The notes below the pieces were generated by a model, which made no database searches, was not told where the DNA came from, and saw only the letters and a list, made by a program, of their open reading frames with translations. The position numbers and the translations under genes are program-made. A DNA stretch of 64,000 nucleotides from Amphiscolops sp. MND2022 (Eukaryota), in contig OZ076412.1 in the NCBI GenBank assembly GCA_964187785.1, positions 23,312,001 to 23,376,000 of the forward strand, given 5' to 3'. The number at the start of each line of letters is the position of its first letter. Within the stretch, counting starts at the first letter, position 1. Positions 1 through 11,072 of the stretch are shown piece after piece.

Positions 1-2547
1 TCTTAAAAGTTGCGTCATATGAACGTGACCTCTTTGAAAAGAAACGAATGACGTCATATCGCCATTTCTGAAGAAAGAGAGGAAACTAAAATAAGAAGTT
101 ATTAGCCGTATCATGAACAATGAATACAGGAAGTCCATCCCTTTTTCATCGCTGTATCAAATTTGATGCTGATTTAGTGGAGAATATTGCTGAGTTCATC
201 GTCTACCCATCTTTACTCTTGAAATAGCGTCTAATACGGGCAGTCACGTGACTTACAAATTAACACCAGCTGGTATAACCAATGAGAAAAGAAACCAGTA
301 AGAAACAAGTTTTAACGCTGACTACTCTCATCTCTATTGACAATACCTTAGCGATGAATTTGTGATGGATTCCTTATAATTCCGCAGGCGCTATTTGTTT
401 CCTGAATTAACCTAATTGAATTTACCTACATTTCATCGAAAACACATCTCTGTTTTGAATTTAAATGATCAGTGATCACGAGTGAGGAAATCAGAAGTCA
501 CAGAACTATACGTACCAGTTTTGTGCTCATCATTCAACCTTATTTTAAAACTACATGCAAACATTACTAGAATAACCAGTCTTTTGTGTTCATAACTTTT
601 CATTTCCAAACCATTGCAGGACTAATAACGTACTGTGAGTAAGTTTGTTACTTTGAGTAATTCTTATTTGAACAACTTGGAAAAATCAGCGCAAGTACGA
701 CTGGAACACACAGTCATCAGATTTCCCCTTCTCAAAATTAATCCCGTCCTTGAGTGCAATATTCAAGTTTTGGATATAAACTGATGGATGGGGGAATATA
801 GCACAATATTGACTTAAAAGATTTACCAACGTTCCAAGTATTTAGGGGGCAGCGACCGACAAATATTAATACTGCTCGTTTCCGCCAATCAGCGTTGATT
901 GCAAGAGAATGATGAATGCTTCAAAGTGGAAAACAATCAAAGTGTGTAAGTTAGTGATAACTTTGACTGTTTTCCACTGATCATTTTCTCAATGCCGCAT
1001 GTCCTCCTCGATTACTTTACACCGCGTCAACAGCAAACACAAGTCTAGCATGGAATCCACAAGACGATCCCTTGAACCTTGGCCAAAGATCAAGACCGGA
1101 TCCAAGGACATGAGGCACAAACGATAAAAAACAGATAAAGTATAGTGGATAGGGGCACAAATTAGACTTAGAATGAAAGATTTATCGTTTTAGCAACTTG
1201 AACGTTCCAAATTTTTAAGGAGAAGGTTTCTTCGAGGATCTGTTAACGATAAAAATTTTTCATCGTTTTTACATCGCTTCATCATCGACCACGATTATTC
1301 GACTAGACGCACTGAACGCTGAGCAAACGATGTAAAGTTTTTGTCGTTCTTTCATCGTTTTCCCAGGAGTTCCCTGAATCGCGTGTGTAAGTGATGTAAT
1401 TGAGATGAAGTAAGGATTCGAGTATATTCTAGAAATTCATCGTTTTTACATCGTGTTGTAATAATTTTTCAGTCGAGAGCGATAGTTTGTCTAATTTCCA
1501 TCGAGTAGTCGGTAATTGAGTTTTTCATCAAGTGAGGGTCGTTAACCAGATGGCGAAGCCTACGAATTATCAACAATCCGGTCATGGAACTTCTGTATGA
1601 TTTTGTAGCATGGTCGGAGAGGAGACGGGGATGAAAAAACGATGGATGTGAACCATCATTGAAATCTGATTTTTATGTTTTGCTAGCGATGTGTTTCCGA
1701 TGGAAATGTTCCATCGGTTTTACATCGTCTCTGGTAATTATAGTTTCTTCACGATGGAGTGTTATTTAACCATCGTTTTGAAGTGAAAGTGTTGTTTACA
1801 TGTTTTTCTGTCGTTTTCTACCTACTGCAGAGCAGTGTTTGTTTTGCGTTTCGGCTGAGGGTTTTCGCGTAGACTATATTTGCTTATATTTGTCCTCGTT
1901 GCTATCAGGTTTGTCGTTTCGTCAGCGTTCACCTGTTGAGGTCTGTTGAAATTAGATTAGTAGGTCTATTAGTAGGTCAATTTGAGGCAGCCTTAAATTG
2001 AGGTGTTACTAATTAGTAATTAGTATCACTCGTGGCCAAATGCCTTACTGAGGCATACCGCCATGATGGAATAACCTGATCGTCACTCAATAAACCATCA
2101 TGGCGCTATTATAAATTGGTGTTAATCACTTGAATTGGTCACCACACACGGTGTTAATTATTATTAAGGCATTCGGCCACGAGTGTTGATAATTAACACC
2201 AATTCAAGTTCATCGGATGAGCGGACACTAGACAGAGCCAAGCGTAAGCTCATCTTTAATCCATCACCGGATTAATTTTTAAAAAAGGTATTTAATACTA
2301 TAAGTAGTACTTCATCTGTAAAACTCATCGCAAATTCATCAGCGAATTTGTTCAACTGCCAGTTGCATTTACGGCCTGAGCCGATGCCCCATTTCTGCAT
2401 CTCACTTGAAGAGGATCGTTTATACATCGTTGTAACACACGCACACAAGAAAATGAGAAAGTTTATCCTAAATCGATCCACAAAAAGTGACTGTGGTGGC
2501 TTGATTGATATGATGTAAAAGTTTATCGTTTCTCCATCGGTGATCAT

Positions 2548-2712
2548 GGGGAGCAGGAATAACGTCTAAGGAATAACGTCTAAAGCCAAGTCATGCTCAG
2601 CTCAGTCATGCTCATTCCCAATCTTAATACATTGAATTTAGACGTTATTCCTTTAGACGTTATTCCCGGATCACCTTTTAGACGTTATTCCTTTAGACGT
2701 TATTCGCGCCCC
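2548..2712. mobile_element. Small inverted-repeat element built of TTAGACGTTATTCC units
   Basis: GGAATAACGTCTAA units on the left and inverse units on the right. The same units recur at about 26860-27047. Confidence 0.6.
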
Positions 2713-2896
2713 TAGGCGATCATGTGTGCAAAATTGTAGCTTCAGCCAAAAAGTTTATCGTTTACACATCGCGCTTTCAAAAATTGTACTGGATATTGAT
2801 TGTTCAATCTACAATCATTTCCTAACCAGCCAGGTGCCAAAACGTGTAAAATTTGGTACACACCGTGAGTAAAATTAAGTTAATAGACTAAGATAG

Positions 2897-4617
2897 TGTC
2901 GCAGGCTGCCGCCTGCGATGGGAACGTCTATACAATCGACCACACAAGGCCAATTGCTCTGCCTGGGACACTCCCATTATAAATCAAAACTTTCAAACAT
3001 TTAGTTTTATTTTGAGTATGTTGATTGATGTATTGCAGTATTATTTTTCATGTAAAAGACATTTGACAGCAAGTTATACTGACAGGCAAAGAGGAAACGA
3101 GTTCAAATGTTTGCCTGTCCAGTATGGCTAGCTAGGCCGTCAACGGCTAAGTGGCCAATCGCAGCGCAGTTTATAACAACCATTTTTTTACTTATTACGT
3201 AACTGTGCTAATAGTTATTCAGAATGGACCAATACGGCCAATTAACTTGGCCGGCCTTACTATGCTTTGATGCTGTGGTTGAATAGTATTCAATAATTGA
3301 AATAGGACGAAAGCGGCTATATAACATAGCCGTCCCTATCTTTTGTACTAATTGTCTTGGTGCTGTGCAATAAAGAAGGCCCAACTCGGCCGGTCGACAT
3401 GACGAATACTCAAGTGCTGTATTACTTATCACATGAAATTAGTGTTTCAATTAATTAGCAATTGAAGGACGCGAATAACCCATCCCATGTAATGACCAAA
3501 CACATATAGTGTTAACATGCAGTGTTGCTTTTCTATATATTGATGAGACTAAATTAGAAAACCCGGACGGCTATTGGCCGTACCGGGCCTTCATGTACCT
3601 GTTCAAAGGTGATGCTGTGTTATGATGTTAAAAAGGAACTATAAGTCCCTTACAGCTACCCGCCATATGTATCTTACATGAAAGTTTCCTACATGTAAAA
3701 GTGTTTATGTATTTTGCGTTACATGTAAGTGCTATACTCCATGCGTCACTCGGCCTACTAAGGCACTTTGATCTACCCGCCCCTACCTGTCTGTAGTGAC
3801 GTAATGATTCTATTTTTAGCAGTGATGTGTTCTATTTATAACTTGTAAGTTATTTTTAGTATCATGACCCCCATAAAATTGCGAATCATGCCCACTTAGG
3901 TATATATACCCAGGTTGGGACTTCGCAAGACACAATTTTGCTAAACTTGATACAGTTAACCTACAAACTTTGCATTTATACAAGTTGTCTTGTAAAGCTT
4001 TCTTACTACTCGATTACAGGAATAATTCAAATATTACCTCCTGTAGAAATATTTTATGCCTTCCACAAGAAGACAAAAGGCCAAGGCCAGAAAGTCAAGA
4101 GAATTGGACATGTTGTCCGATTATGACAACATGGACGTAATGTTAGGGGATGGAAATTCAAATTCTATAGAAAGAGAATTGGACAGTCTCATAAACGTCC
4201 CAGACGGGCGACGTGACTATGGGCCTTTCCCAAACAGGGAAAATTCGTCCCAAGAAAATGAAATTAGAGACATCAATAATCAAAATGAGCCTGTTAGGGA
4301 GGAAAGATTGGTTGAATCGATCAATACACTATCAAGTGAAATGAATGCGAGAATGTCTCGTGAAATGGAGACCATGATGGACTTCATGCAAAATCAGATT
4401 AGTAGAGCAATCAACTGTGCTATTAGTGAGAGAATAATACCAGAGATACAAAACATGGTAGGAAATTTGCCTTTGAACCAACATGGCGTTGAGCCGCCCA
4501 CGTCCTTTGATGAGAACAGAACTGGGAACATGTGGAAAAATACAAATGAGAAGATTACAAAGAAGGACTCAAGGTCTGCTTGTGATCTGAGGGATCATAC
4601 GGACTTTACTCCTTACA
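2897..4617 (+). repeat. 5' LTR (1721 bp)
   Basis: Repeated at offset 14161. The only difference I noticed is TT at 3185-3186 versus CC at 17346-17347 (not an exhaustive alignment). Confidence 0.96.
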
Positions 4618-5756
4618 TGGTGACAGGAGCTAACGAAGCCCAACATCCAATTCCAGAATTCCTCACTGGACGAATTCACTCGCAGCCAGACCTCCAAAGG
4701 CAAGAATCTGCACATGACACAACTATGGATACAACTCTACCAATAGCAGAAGCAGTTGTGGCCGAACCGCCACAGGACCCTATTAATCGCCTCGCAGATG
4801 TTCTGGTTAATCTCCAAAATAAACCACAATCGATGACAATCAGACCAGTCACGACAAACCCCATGACCTTTGACGGCAAAACAGAGAAGTTCGAATTGTT
4901 TGAAGACTTATTCCATACAATGATAAAAATGCAGCCCGCAATGACTGAACAAATGAAAATCAATCATTTTCACTCATTACTCAGAAAAGGGGCTTTACAA
5001 TTATTTCGAAACATCAACTCTACAAACCGTCAAACACTAGAGGACGTCTTGGTCATATTTCGCAGAAAATATGTTAAACCAGAATCACAAGCCACAGCAA
5101 AACACAAGTGGCATCGACTTATATTTGATCCCAATACAATGAAATTACCTGACTTCCTGGAGGAACTCAACCAAGGGGCCGAGAAAGCCTTCGGAGAGAA
5201 CGCTAAAAGTATGATAGACAGCTTGTTATATGCCAAATTGCCACCTAAACTTAAAAGATCAGTCAACATGGCTAGACTAGAAAATGGGACATACGAGGAA
5301 ATCGTGGCACATCTCGAAAGGGAATTGGAATTAAACGCCTTAGAGGAATCTGATGACTTACCCATTGCCACAATGGCTTCATCGTCAGATAAGGCACGAA
5401 ACCTATTGTCTAACGGCATTAACACCAACAAGAACAACCAATGTTCATACTGCAAAGCTGAGGACCACTTCTGGAAAAACTGTCCGAAACTCAAAAAGAA
5501 AAAGGAATCGGAAGCCAAAAATGGCAAAAAGCCCCAGCGCCCTACTTACCCAGAATGTCCCACTTGCAGCAAAACGAATCACCCAGCAGAGAAATGTTGG
5601 CGTGGTGCCGGAGCTCACCTTCGTCCTAAAAGAAACAGACATGACTCCAAAAACACGGAGCCTTCAGAGGACGAAGGCACTCTCACAAAAATTGAGAAAT
5701 CTACAACATCTACTCCGGGTCAATCGAAATCCAAGAAACCCGATCCAAAAAACTAA
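4056..5756 (+). CDS. gag: Gag polyprotein (566 aa); starts inside the 5' LTR
   Basis: Two CX2CX4HX4C knuckles (CSYCKAEDHFWKNC, CPTCSKTNHPAEKC) and a capsid-like helical segment (FDGKTEKFELFEDLF...). The ORF is intact and lies upstream of pol. Confidence 0.93.
   Translation: MPSTRRQKAKARKSRELDMLSDYDNMDVMLGDGNSNSIERELDSLINVPDGRRDYGPFPNRENSSQENEIRDINNQNEPVREERLVESINTLSSEMNARMSREMETMMDFMQNQISRAINCAISERIIPEIQNMVGNLPLNQHGVEPPTSFDENRTGNMWKNTNEKITKKDSRSACDLRDHTDFTPYMVTGANEAQHPIPEFLTGRIHSQPDLQRQESAHDTTMDTTLPIAEAVVAEPPQDPINRLADVLVNLQNKPQSMTIRPVTTNPMTFDGKTEKFELFEDLFHTMIKMQPAMTEQMKINHFHSLLRKGALQLFRNINSTNRQTLEDVLVIFRRKYVKPESQATAKHKWHRLIFDPNTMKLPDFLEELNQGAEKAFGENAKSMIDSLLYAKLPPKLKRSVNMARLENGTYEEIVAHLERELELNALEESDDLPIATMASSSDKARNLLSNGINTNKNNQCSYCKAEDHFWKNCPKLKKKKESEAKNGKKPQRPTYPECPTCSKTNHPAEKCWRGAGAHLRPKRNRHDSKNTEPSEDEGTLTKIEKSTTSTPGQSKSKKPDPKN
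4618..4631 (+). promoter_or_regulatory. Primer binding site, tentatively tRNA-Leu type
   Basis: TGGTGACAGGAG directly abuts the LTR end. It matches 11/12 of the complement of a vertebrate-type tRNA-Leu(CAG) 3' end (TGGTGTCAGGAG), recalled from memory. The host tRNA is unknown. Confidence 0.7.
5747..5753 (+). promoter_or_regulatory. -1 programmed ribosomal frameshift slippery site A_AAA_AAC
   Basis: The XXXYYYZ heptamer is in Gag phase just before the TAA. The -1 frame (AAA AAA CTA ATT TTG...) is continuous with the pol ORF. Confidence 0.8.
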
Positions 5757-5758
5757 TT

Positions 5759-8700
5759 TTGCCACGACTCCAAATATGTAACCGAATGTCAATACGACAA
5801 TATGTCATATCAGACCCACCCAATGTAACCTACAAGCAATACCATGATGACATCAACGAAACACCATCTATTGTCTGGCAGCAACAGATGGAAAAAGCCT
5901 ACATCAAAACCTACAAACTGGTCCATAATGACCGCCCAGACCGATACTATGAAAAAGACTACACTGCAGACTATCAAACACGATTTAGACCGCTCCAACT
6001 AATTGAAGGTTATAACCCTCACTACATTGACCCTGAATATGGCATAGATCCCTATTGGGACAATTCTCTATACGACCAACGGAAACTACAATTCAGATGC
6101 GAAGAGTACCCACCAACAGACGATGAAGATGACCCAGAGATACCAGACAATAAGCTATCAAGGGCACTCATCGAACTGTGGCAAACAAACTCTGAGATCA
6201 CTGATATGGAAGAAATAGAGGACACAAATAGTGAAGACGAATCACAGACCGAACCCGGCCTACTAGACGAAACAGCCTTCTTACACGTTCTAGTGACTAA
6301 TGAAGGAGAACCGGCTTACATACCTCTCTCTACGAACCTCGGATTAAAATACAAAAGACGGATGCTGTATTTCCCAATGGACTTTGGGGAATTGACCATA
6401 GACGGCCTCATCGACACCGGAGCCCATTCCAGTGCAATCCCAGAAGCAGACCTCAGGAAAATACGCCTTCTAGCGCCCCAATCAATAGTAAAAGAGGGAC
6501 CTGCTCCAACATTTCAAATTATGGTCGCAAATGGACAATTGGAAACCCCAAAAAGCACCGTTGAACTAAAATTCGAAGTAGGAGACATTGAATTCCATGA
6601 AATATTCATTGTAATGGAAAAATTGACCGGCCCGATAATTGGACTAATGTTCCTCCAAAGAAATCATACAGTCCTAGACATGCGTCAAGGCATCCTCAAC
6701 TTCCCCTATTTCTCCATGCAACTCAAAACAGCCGACCACAAGTACTCCAATGTAATGGAACCAATTCTCAATCCCGAGGATTTAACTATTCCGCCCAATG
6801 ACCGAGCGACAATTACGGTCAAATCACAGATTTACCCTGAAAACTTAGTAACAGGTGTATTACAGCCAAGCGACCTCCTAACCGAAGAAGGCGACATCAC
6901 ATTTTGTGCCGCAATTGTCACTTTGGCAGAAGGATCTACAAGTTTCCATATCAATAATTTTACAGATCAACCATTCAAACTTAAAAAGGGTCTGCATATA
7001 GCAAATTTCTCAGTATTAACCCCGGAGCAAATGAAACATGTCAAACCAATAGACCCTGTGTCCACTTGGCACTTGCTGAACGAAAACGAAGAAGACGCGA
7101 TTTATTATGTCAGCAGTCTATTAAAAGCAAATAAAAACAACGACCAATATGAACAATACTGGTTCCCAACTCCGGAGAACCCAGGAGATGAAAATTCCCA
7201 CACACCAATTCAAGCACGAATATTGCGGGAATTACGTAACTTACAAGAAGCCGAGGAACTTGACCCACAGCAAAATGACATATCTAGACAAAAATTCCTT
7301 GACAACTTCGATTGGAAAGACTCCATGCTACAACAACATGAGATCAAGAAAATAGAATCGCTCCTGGTAGAATTCCATGACATCTTTGCACGACATAGAT
7401 TTGACATCGGAATGAATGAAGAATTCACAGTCAAATTGACCCCTAAGGACGATTCGCCCGCTTACAGCCAAAGTCTTCCAACTCCAGTCAATTTAAAAGA
7501 GGACATACTTGTCGAATTGGCCCTCTTACACAAATATGGCATAATAACTACACTGCCATTTTCGAAATACGCCAGTCCCATATTCGCACAGAAAAAACCT
7601 AATGGGAAACTACGCCTACTAGTCGATTTGAGGAAAATCAATAACCTCATCTCAGACGACTACATCAACAACAACCATCCTGTGAGCACTCTCACGGACG
7701 CGGCGCAACACATGGCAGGCAAGAAACTCTTCTGCAAACTCGATTGTTCCCAAGCCTACCACTGTCTTCCAATGGCGGACCAAAGATCAATCGAAATGCT
7801 GGCATTTAATTTTGCCAGTAGAACGTTTGCCTATCGAAGACTTGCCCAAGGTCTCAGTCGATCCCTATCGGCCTTTTCAAGCTTTATGCGCAAATACCTG
7901 GACAAAGTTATTAAAGCAGACCAATGCGCGCAATATGTGGACGACATAGGCATAGCCGCCAACGACGCTGACCATCTACTCAAAAACCTCAGAGCAACAT
8001 TCGAGTGCATACGCAAAGCTGGACTAAAGCTAACAATGCACAAATGCCATTTTGGGGCAACGGAAATAGATTTCCTCGGAAGGACAATTACCCCTGAAGG
8101 AGTGAAACCACAGAAAGAACGAATAACTACCTTTCTGGAGAAAACAAAATTCCCAAAATCCAAAAAGGCCCTGCAACGATATCTGGGTTTCCTGAATTAT
8201 TACAGGAACTACATCCCACGATTATCGGAGAAATTAGCGCCATTTTTCCAACTCCTCAAAAAGGACGAGAAGGTTCTAGTGACAAACGAACTAGTACAAC
8301 AATTCAATGAAATCAACAAGGACCTTGACAGATGCAGCCAACTAGCATTAAAACAACCGTTGCCCAATACCCAGCTGGTCCTCATGACCGATGCTAGCTT
8401 CTTGGCAGCAGGCTATGCAATACTCACAGAAGACGATCCAAACCAAAAATTCACATCTGTCAGGAAATCATACGCGCCAATAGCCTATGGATCCAAAACA
8501 TTTACTCCTTCTCAATTGAAAATGTCTATATACGCCAAAGAATTCTTAGCGATATTTTACGCATTCAAAGAGTTCGGGCATATATTCTGGGGAACACCCA
8601 AGCCGATCACGATCCTTACGGACAACAAATCGGTAACTAGATTCTTCCAAACGAAGATAATACCCCCGGCATTGTGGAATGCGTGTGATTATGTTATACA

Positions 8701-10873
8701 ATTTAATTTTGTTATCGCGCACATTCCCGGGAAAAATAATACTGCAGCGGACTACTTGTCCCGCATGGAGATGGATCCCAAGGAGAAATTATTCTTAACA
8801 ATTCGCGAGGACGTTGAGACAAGGCCCATTGAAGTCAATGTCCAGTCAGCAGGGGTATCAGAGGAAGAACAAGTTTTCTTTACTGAAGATGACGACGAAA
8901 CGGAAGCACAAATTTGGGAACGCAAAAACCAACGCCGTAACAGCCATCAGAATACGGACGCAGTTATACACATAGATGCCATATCCGAAAACTCGGTTGA
9001 CAAAATAACTAACTTTAGCCAGAGACTGCGTAGAACAAATCAAATCCTACTAGAACAGTCCATGGATCCAACCTTGTTGCAACTCAAAGCCAAAATGCAG
9101 AATGAGGAATATTCAGAAGAAATATTACTGCAAGATTATAGATATAAACATTACCTTAACAATTGGGACCGTCTTGTCCTCAAAGAAGAAATAGTCACAA
9201 GGCTATACTATGATGAAACTGGCCAAGTCAAATATCATCAAATTCTCTTACCGAAACACTTATTGACTGAACTACTACGAGCATTACATGGCACTGCCCA
9301 CAAACACCCAGGCATATCCAAAATGCTACAGGAGATTCGCCAAAAATACTACTACCCCGGCATTGCAAAACATGTCAAAAGATGGGTAGAAGGATGTGAA
9401 ATTTGTGCGAAAGACAAACGGGTACCAAATGACTCAATAACACCTGAGTTACTCAACCTGCCCGAGTGGGACCTTGGGCCGGAAGATGCCATGCAGATAG
9501 ACCTGTTGCCAAATTTACCGATTAGCGGAGGCTACCAGACGGTGATGACAGCAATAGATGTTTTTTCACGATATTTGTTCGCTTACCCGCTAATTGAAGC
9601 CACAGCGGCCAACACGGCAAAAGTGATAATTGATATAATGACAAAACATACATATTTGCCAACAACACTCATCACTGACAAAGGTTCAGCATTTACTTCA
9701 ATTATAGTAGCAGAAATAACACGCATTTTGGGCATAACACTTAAATGTGCCACTACGAAGCACCCGCAAACAATTGGCAAACTCGAAAGGACACACGCCT
9801 CATTGAAAACAAATCTAAAGATGGCCTCCGGGGAATACCGCCGTCAATGGCACAAATATCTGCCGTTAGCAGTACTTAACTACAACACAACCTATCATTC
9901 AAGTATAGGTTGTGAACCAAGTAAAGTCTTCCACGGCCGCATTCCCTATAATGTCCTAGATCACAAACTTGGAAATAATCCCAATCGAGAGTTTGCACCA
10001 ACTACAGAATTTGCGGAAGAATTACAACAAAGAACAAAAGTCCTTATCGACCAGACGAAGAAAAACATAATGCAGTCATACTTGAAATACAAGGAATATT
10101 ATGACCGCAAAGCCAAAGCAGCCCCTTTGAGCGAAAAAGATTTTTGTTTTATACTGCAACCAAAGGCAGATAACCAAGGATCAAAAATACCGTTCAGGGA
10201 CTATAGATGGATTGGTCCTTATGTGATTGAAAAAGTATTACCTAATGACAACTATATAGTCCGTCGCTTAAACACAAACAAAACACAAATTTTACATCGC
10301 ATCAGATTGAAAAAGTTCGTCCCAAACACGCCCTTAGAGGACAAATACTCTAAAGAGAAATTACAGCCGGATGACGAAATAGTTATACCACAAGACGACT
10401 TATATACTATTTCATGGGAAGCTGATTTTGATTACCAAGTCTTTGAGACGAGACGGGACGACAATCAGAATACTACCAACACTGATGACGTCATTAATGA
10501 CAACGCTGATGACGACGCGCAAAGGACGCAACCGGCCACTAGCCGCGAAGTAACAATTACGCGAGAACAAACTGACGTCACCGACTCTCCAGTGAGAGAT
10601 GAACAGCAAGATGAAACCGAAAGGCCGAGCACGGCCGCAAGCCGAGATAGACAAAATCTCAATGATACGCCTAATCATTCAGAAAATGATGACGTCACGA
10701 ACGAAATAACTGATCTACAAAATTCTCCAAAAACGGGGGAGGATATTACCGTGCCCGGAATATCGAAAGATGAATTAGATGAAAATGTAAATGAAACCTC
10801 TAGCCCTAGAGGAGGGAAATATAACCTTCGTCCTAACCCCACCCCCAACTATACTGACGAATACAGATACTAG
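5759..10873 (+). CDS. pol: Pol polyprotein: aspartic protease, RT, RNase H, integrase (1704 aa as called; probably made as Gag-Pol)
   Basis: LIDTGA (protease), QYVDD (RT), LMTDAS and LTDNKS (RNase H), H..HPG...CEIC (IN zinc domain), QIDL/ITDKGS/ERTH (DDE core). No stops. Confidence 0.97.
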   Translation: MPRLQICNRMSIRQYVISDPPNVTYKQYHDDINETPSIVWQQQMEKAYIKTYKLVHNDRPDRYYEKDYTADYQTRFRPLQLIEGYNPHYIDPEYGIDPYWDNSLYDQRKLQFRCEEYPPTDDEDDPEIPDNKLSRALIELWQTNSEITDMEEIEDTNSEDESQTEPGLLDETAFLHVLVTNEGEPAYIPLSTNLGLKYKRRMLYFPMDFGELTIDGLIDTGAHSSAIPEADLRKIRLLAPQSIVKEGPAPTFQIMVANGQLETPKSTVELKFEVGDIEFHEIFIVMEKLTGPIIGLMFLQRNHTVLDMRQGILNFPYFSMQLKTADHKYSNVMEPILNPEDLTIPPNDRATITVKSQIYPENLVTGVLQPSDLLTEEGDITFCAAIVTLAEGSTSFHINNFTDQPFKLKKGLHIANFSVLTPEQMKHVKPIDPVSTWHLLNENEEDAIYYVSSLLKANKNNDQYEQYWFPTPENPGDENSHTPIQARILRELRNLQEAEELDPQQNDISRQKFLDNFDWKDSMLQQHEIKKIESLLVEFHDIFARHRFDIGMNEEFTVKLTPKDDSPAYSQSLPTPVNLKEDILVELALLHKYGIITTLPFSKYASPIFAQKKPNGKLRLLVDLRKINNLISDDYINNNHPVSTLTDAAQHMAGKKLFCKLDCSQAYHCLPMADQRSIEMLAFNFASRTFAYRRLAQGLSRSLSAFSSFMRKYLDKVIKADQCAQYVDDIGIAANDADHLLKNLRATFECIRKAGLKLTMHKCHFGATEIDFLGRTITPEGVKPQKERITTFLEKTKFPKSKKALQRYLGFLNYYRNYIPRLSEKLAPFFQLLKKDEKVLVTNELVQQFNEINKDLDRCSQLALKQPLPNTQLVLMTDASFLAAGYAILTEDDPNQKFTSVRKSYAPIAYGSKTFTPSQLKMSIYAKEFLAIFYAFKEFGHIFWGTPKPITILTDNKSVTRFFQTKIIPPALWNACDYVIQFNFVIAHIPGKNNTAADYLSRMEMDPKEKLFLTIREDVETRPIEVNVQSAGVSEEEQVFFTEDDDETEAQIWERKNQRRNSHQNTDAVIHIDAISENSVDKITNFSQRLRRTNQILLEQSMDPTLLQLKAKMQNEEYSEEILLQDYRYKHYLNNWDRLVLKEEIVTRLYYDETGQVKYHQILLPKHLLTELLRALHGTAHKHPGISKMLQEIRQKYYYPGIAKHVKRWVEGCEICAKDKRVPNDSITPELLNLPEWDLGPEDAMQIDLLPNLPISGGYQTVMTAIDVFSRYLFAYPLIEATAANTAKVIIDIMTKHTYLPTTLITDKGSAFTSIIVAEITRILGITLKCATTKHPQTIGKLERTHASLKTNLKMASGEYRRQWHKYLPLAVLNYNTTYHSSIGCEPSKVFHGRIPYNVLDHKLGNNPNREFAPTTEFAEELQQRTKVLIDQTKKNIMQSYLKYKEYYDRKAKAAPLSEKDFCFILQPKADNQGSKIPFRDYRWIGPYVIEKVLPNDNYIVRRLNTNKTQILHRIRLKKFVPNTPLEDKYSKEKLQPDDEIVIPQDDLYTISWEADFDYQVFETRRDDNQNTTNTDDVINDNADDDAQRTQPATSREVTITREQTDVTDSPVRDEQQDETERPSTAASRDRQNLNDTPNHSENDDVTNEITDLQNSPKTGEDITVPGISKDELDENVNETSSPRGGKYNLRPNPTPNYTDEYRY

Positions 10874-10898
10874 TCAGAAATGTTAAATTATGTCCCTA

Positions 10899-10904
10899 TT
10901 TATT
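10899..10904 (-). terminator. Candidate AATAAA poly(A) signal of the antisense gene
   Basis: AATAAA on the minus strand about 170 nt past the stop at 11073 and about 25 nt from the pol stop. Confidence 0.4.
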
Positions 10905-11072
10905 TTACTGCCTAAGAAGGCATGTTTTTTACTGGGACCACTCTGACTTTATGTTACTGACAAGACTAACTATATAAATATACAAACAGAAGACATGTAA
11001 AACAAAGAAAACGAAAACCAACTGAAATTTACAAATCGAAAGACTAGTATGGCAAATGTACATTATGTACAT

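Noticed and set aside
2897-4617. Segmental duplication or assembly artefact explaining the 1.7 kb repeat
   Set aside because: TG..CA ends, TSD, PBS and PPT identify the repeats as LTRs.
4676-10678. Multiple minus-strand ORFs opposite gag-pol
   Set aside because: Shadow ORFs of the coding strand.
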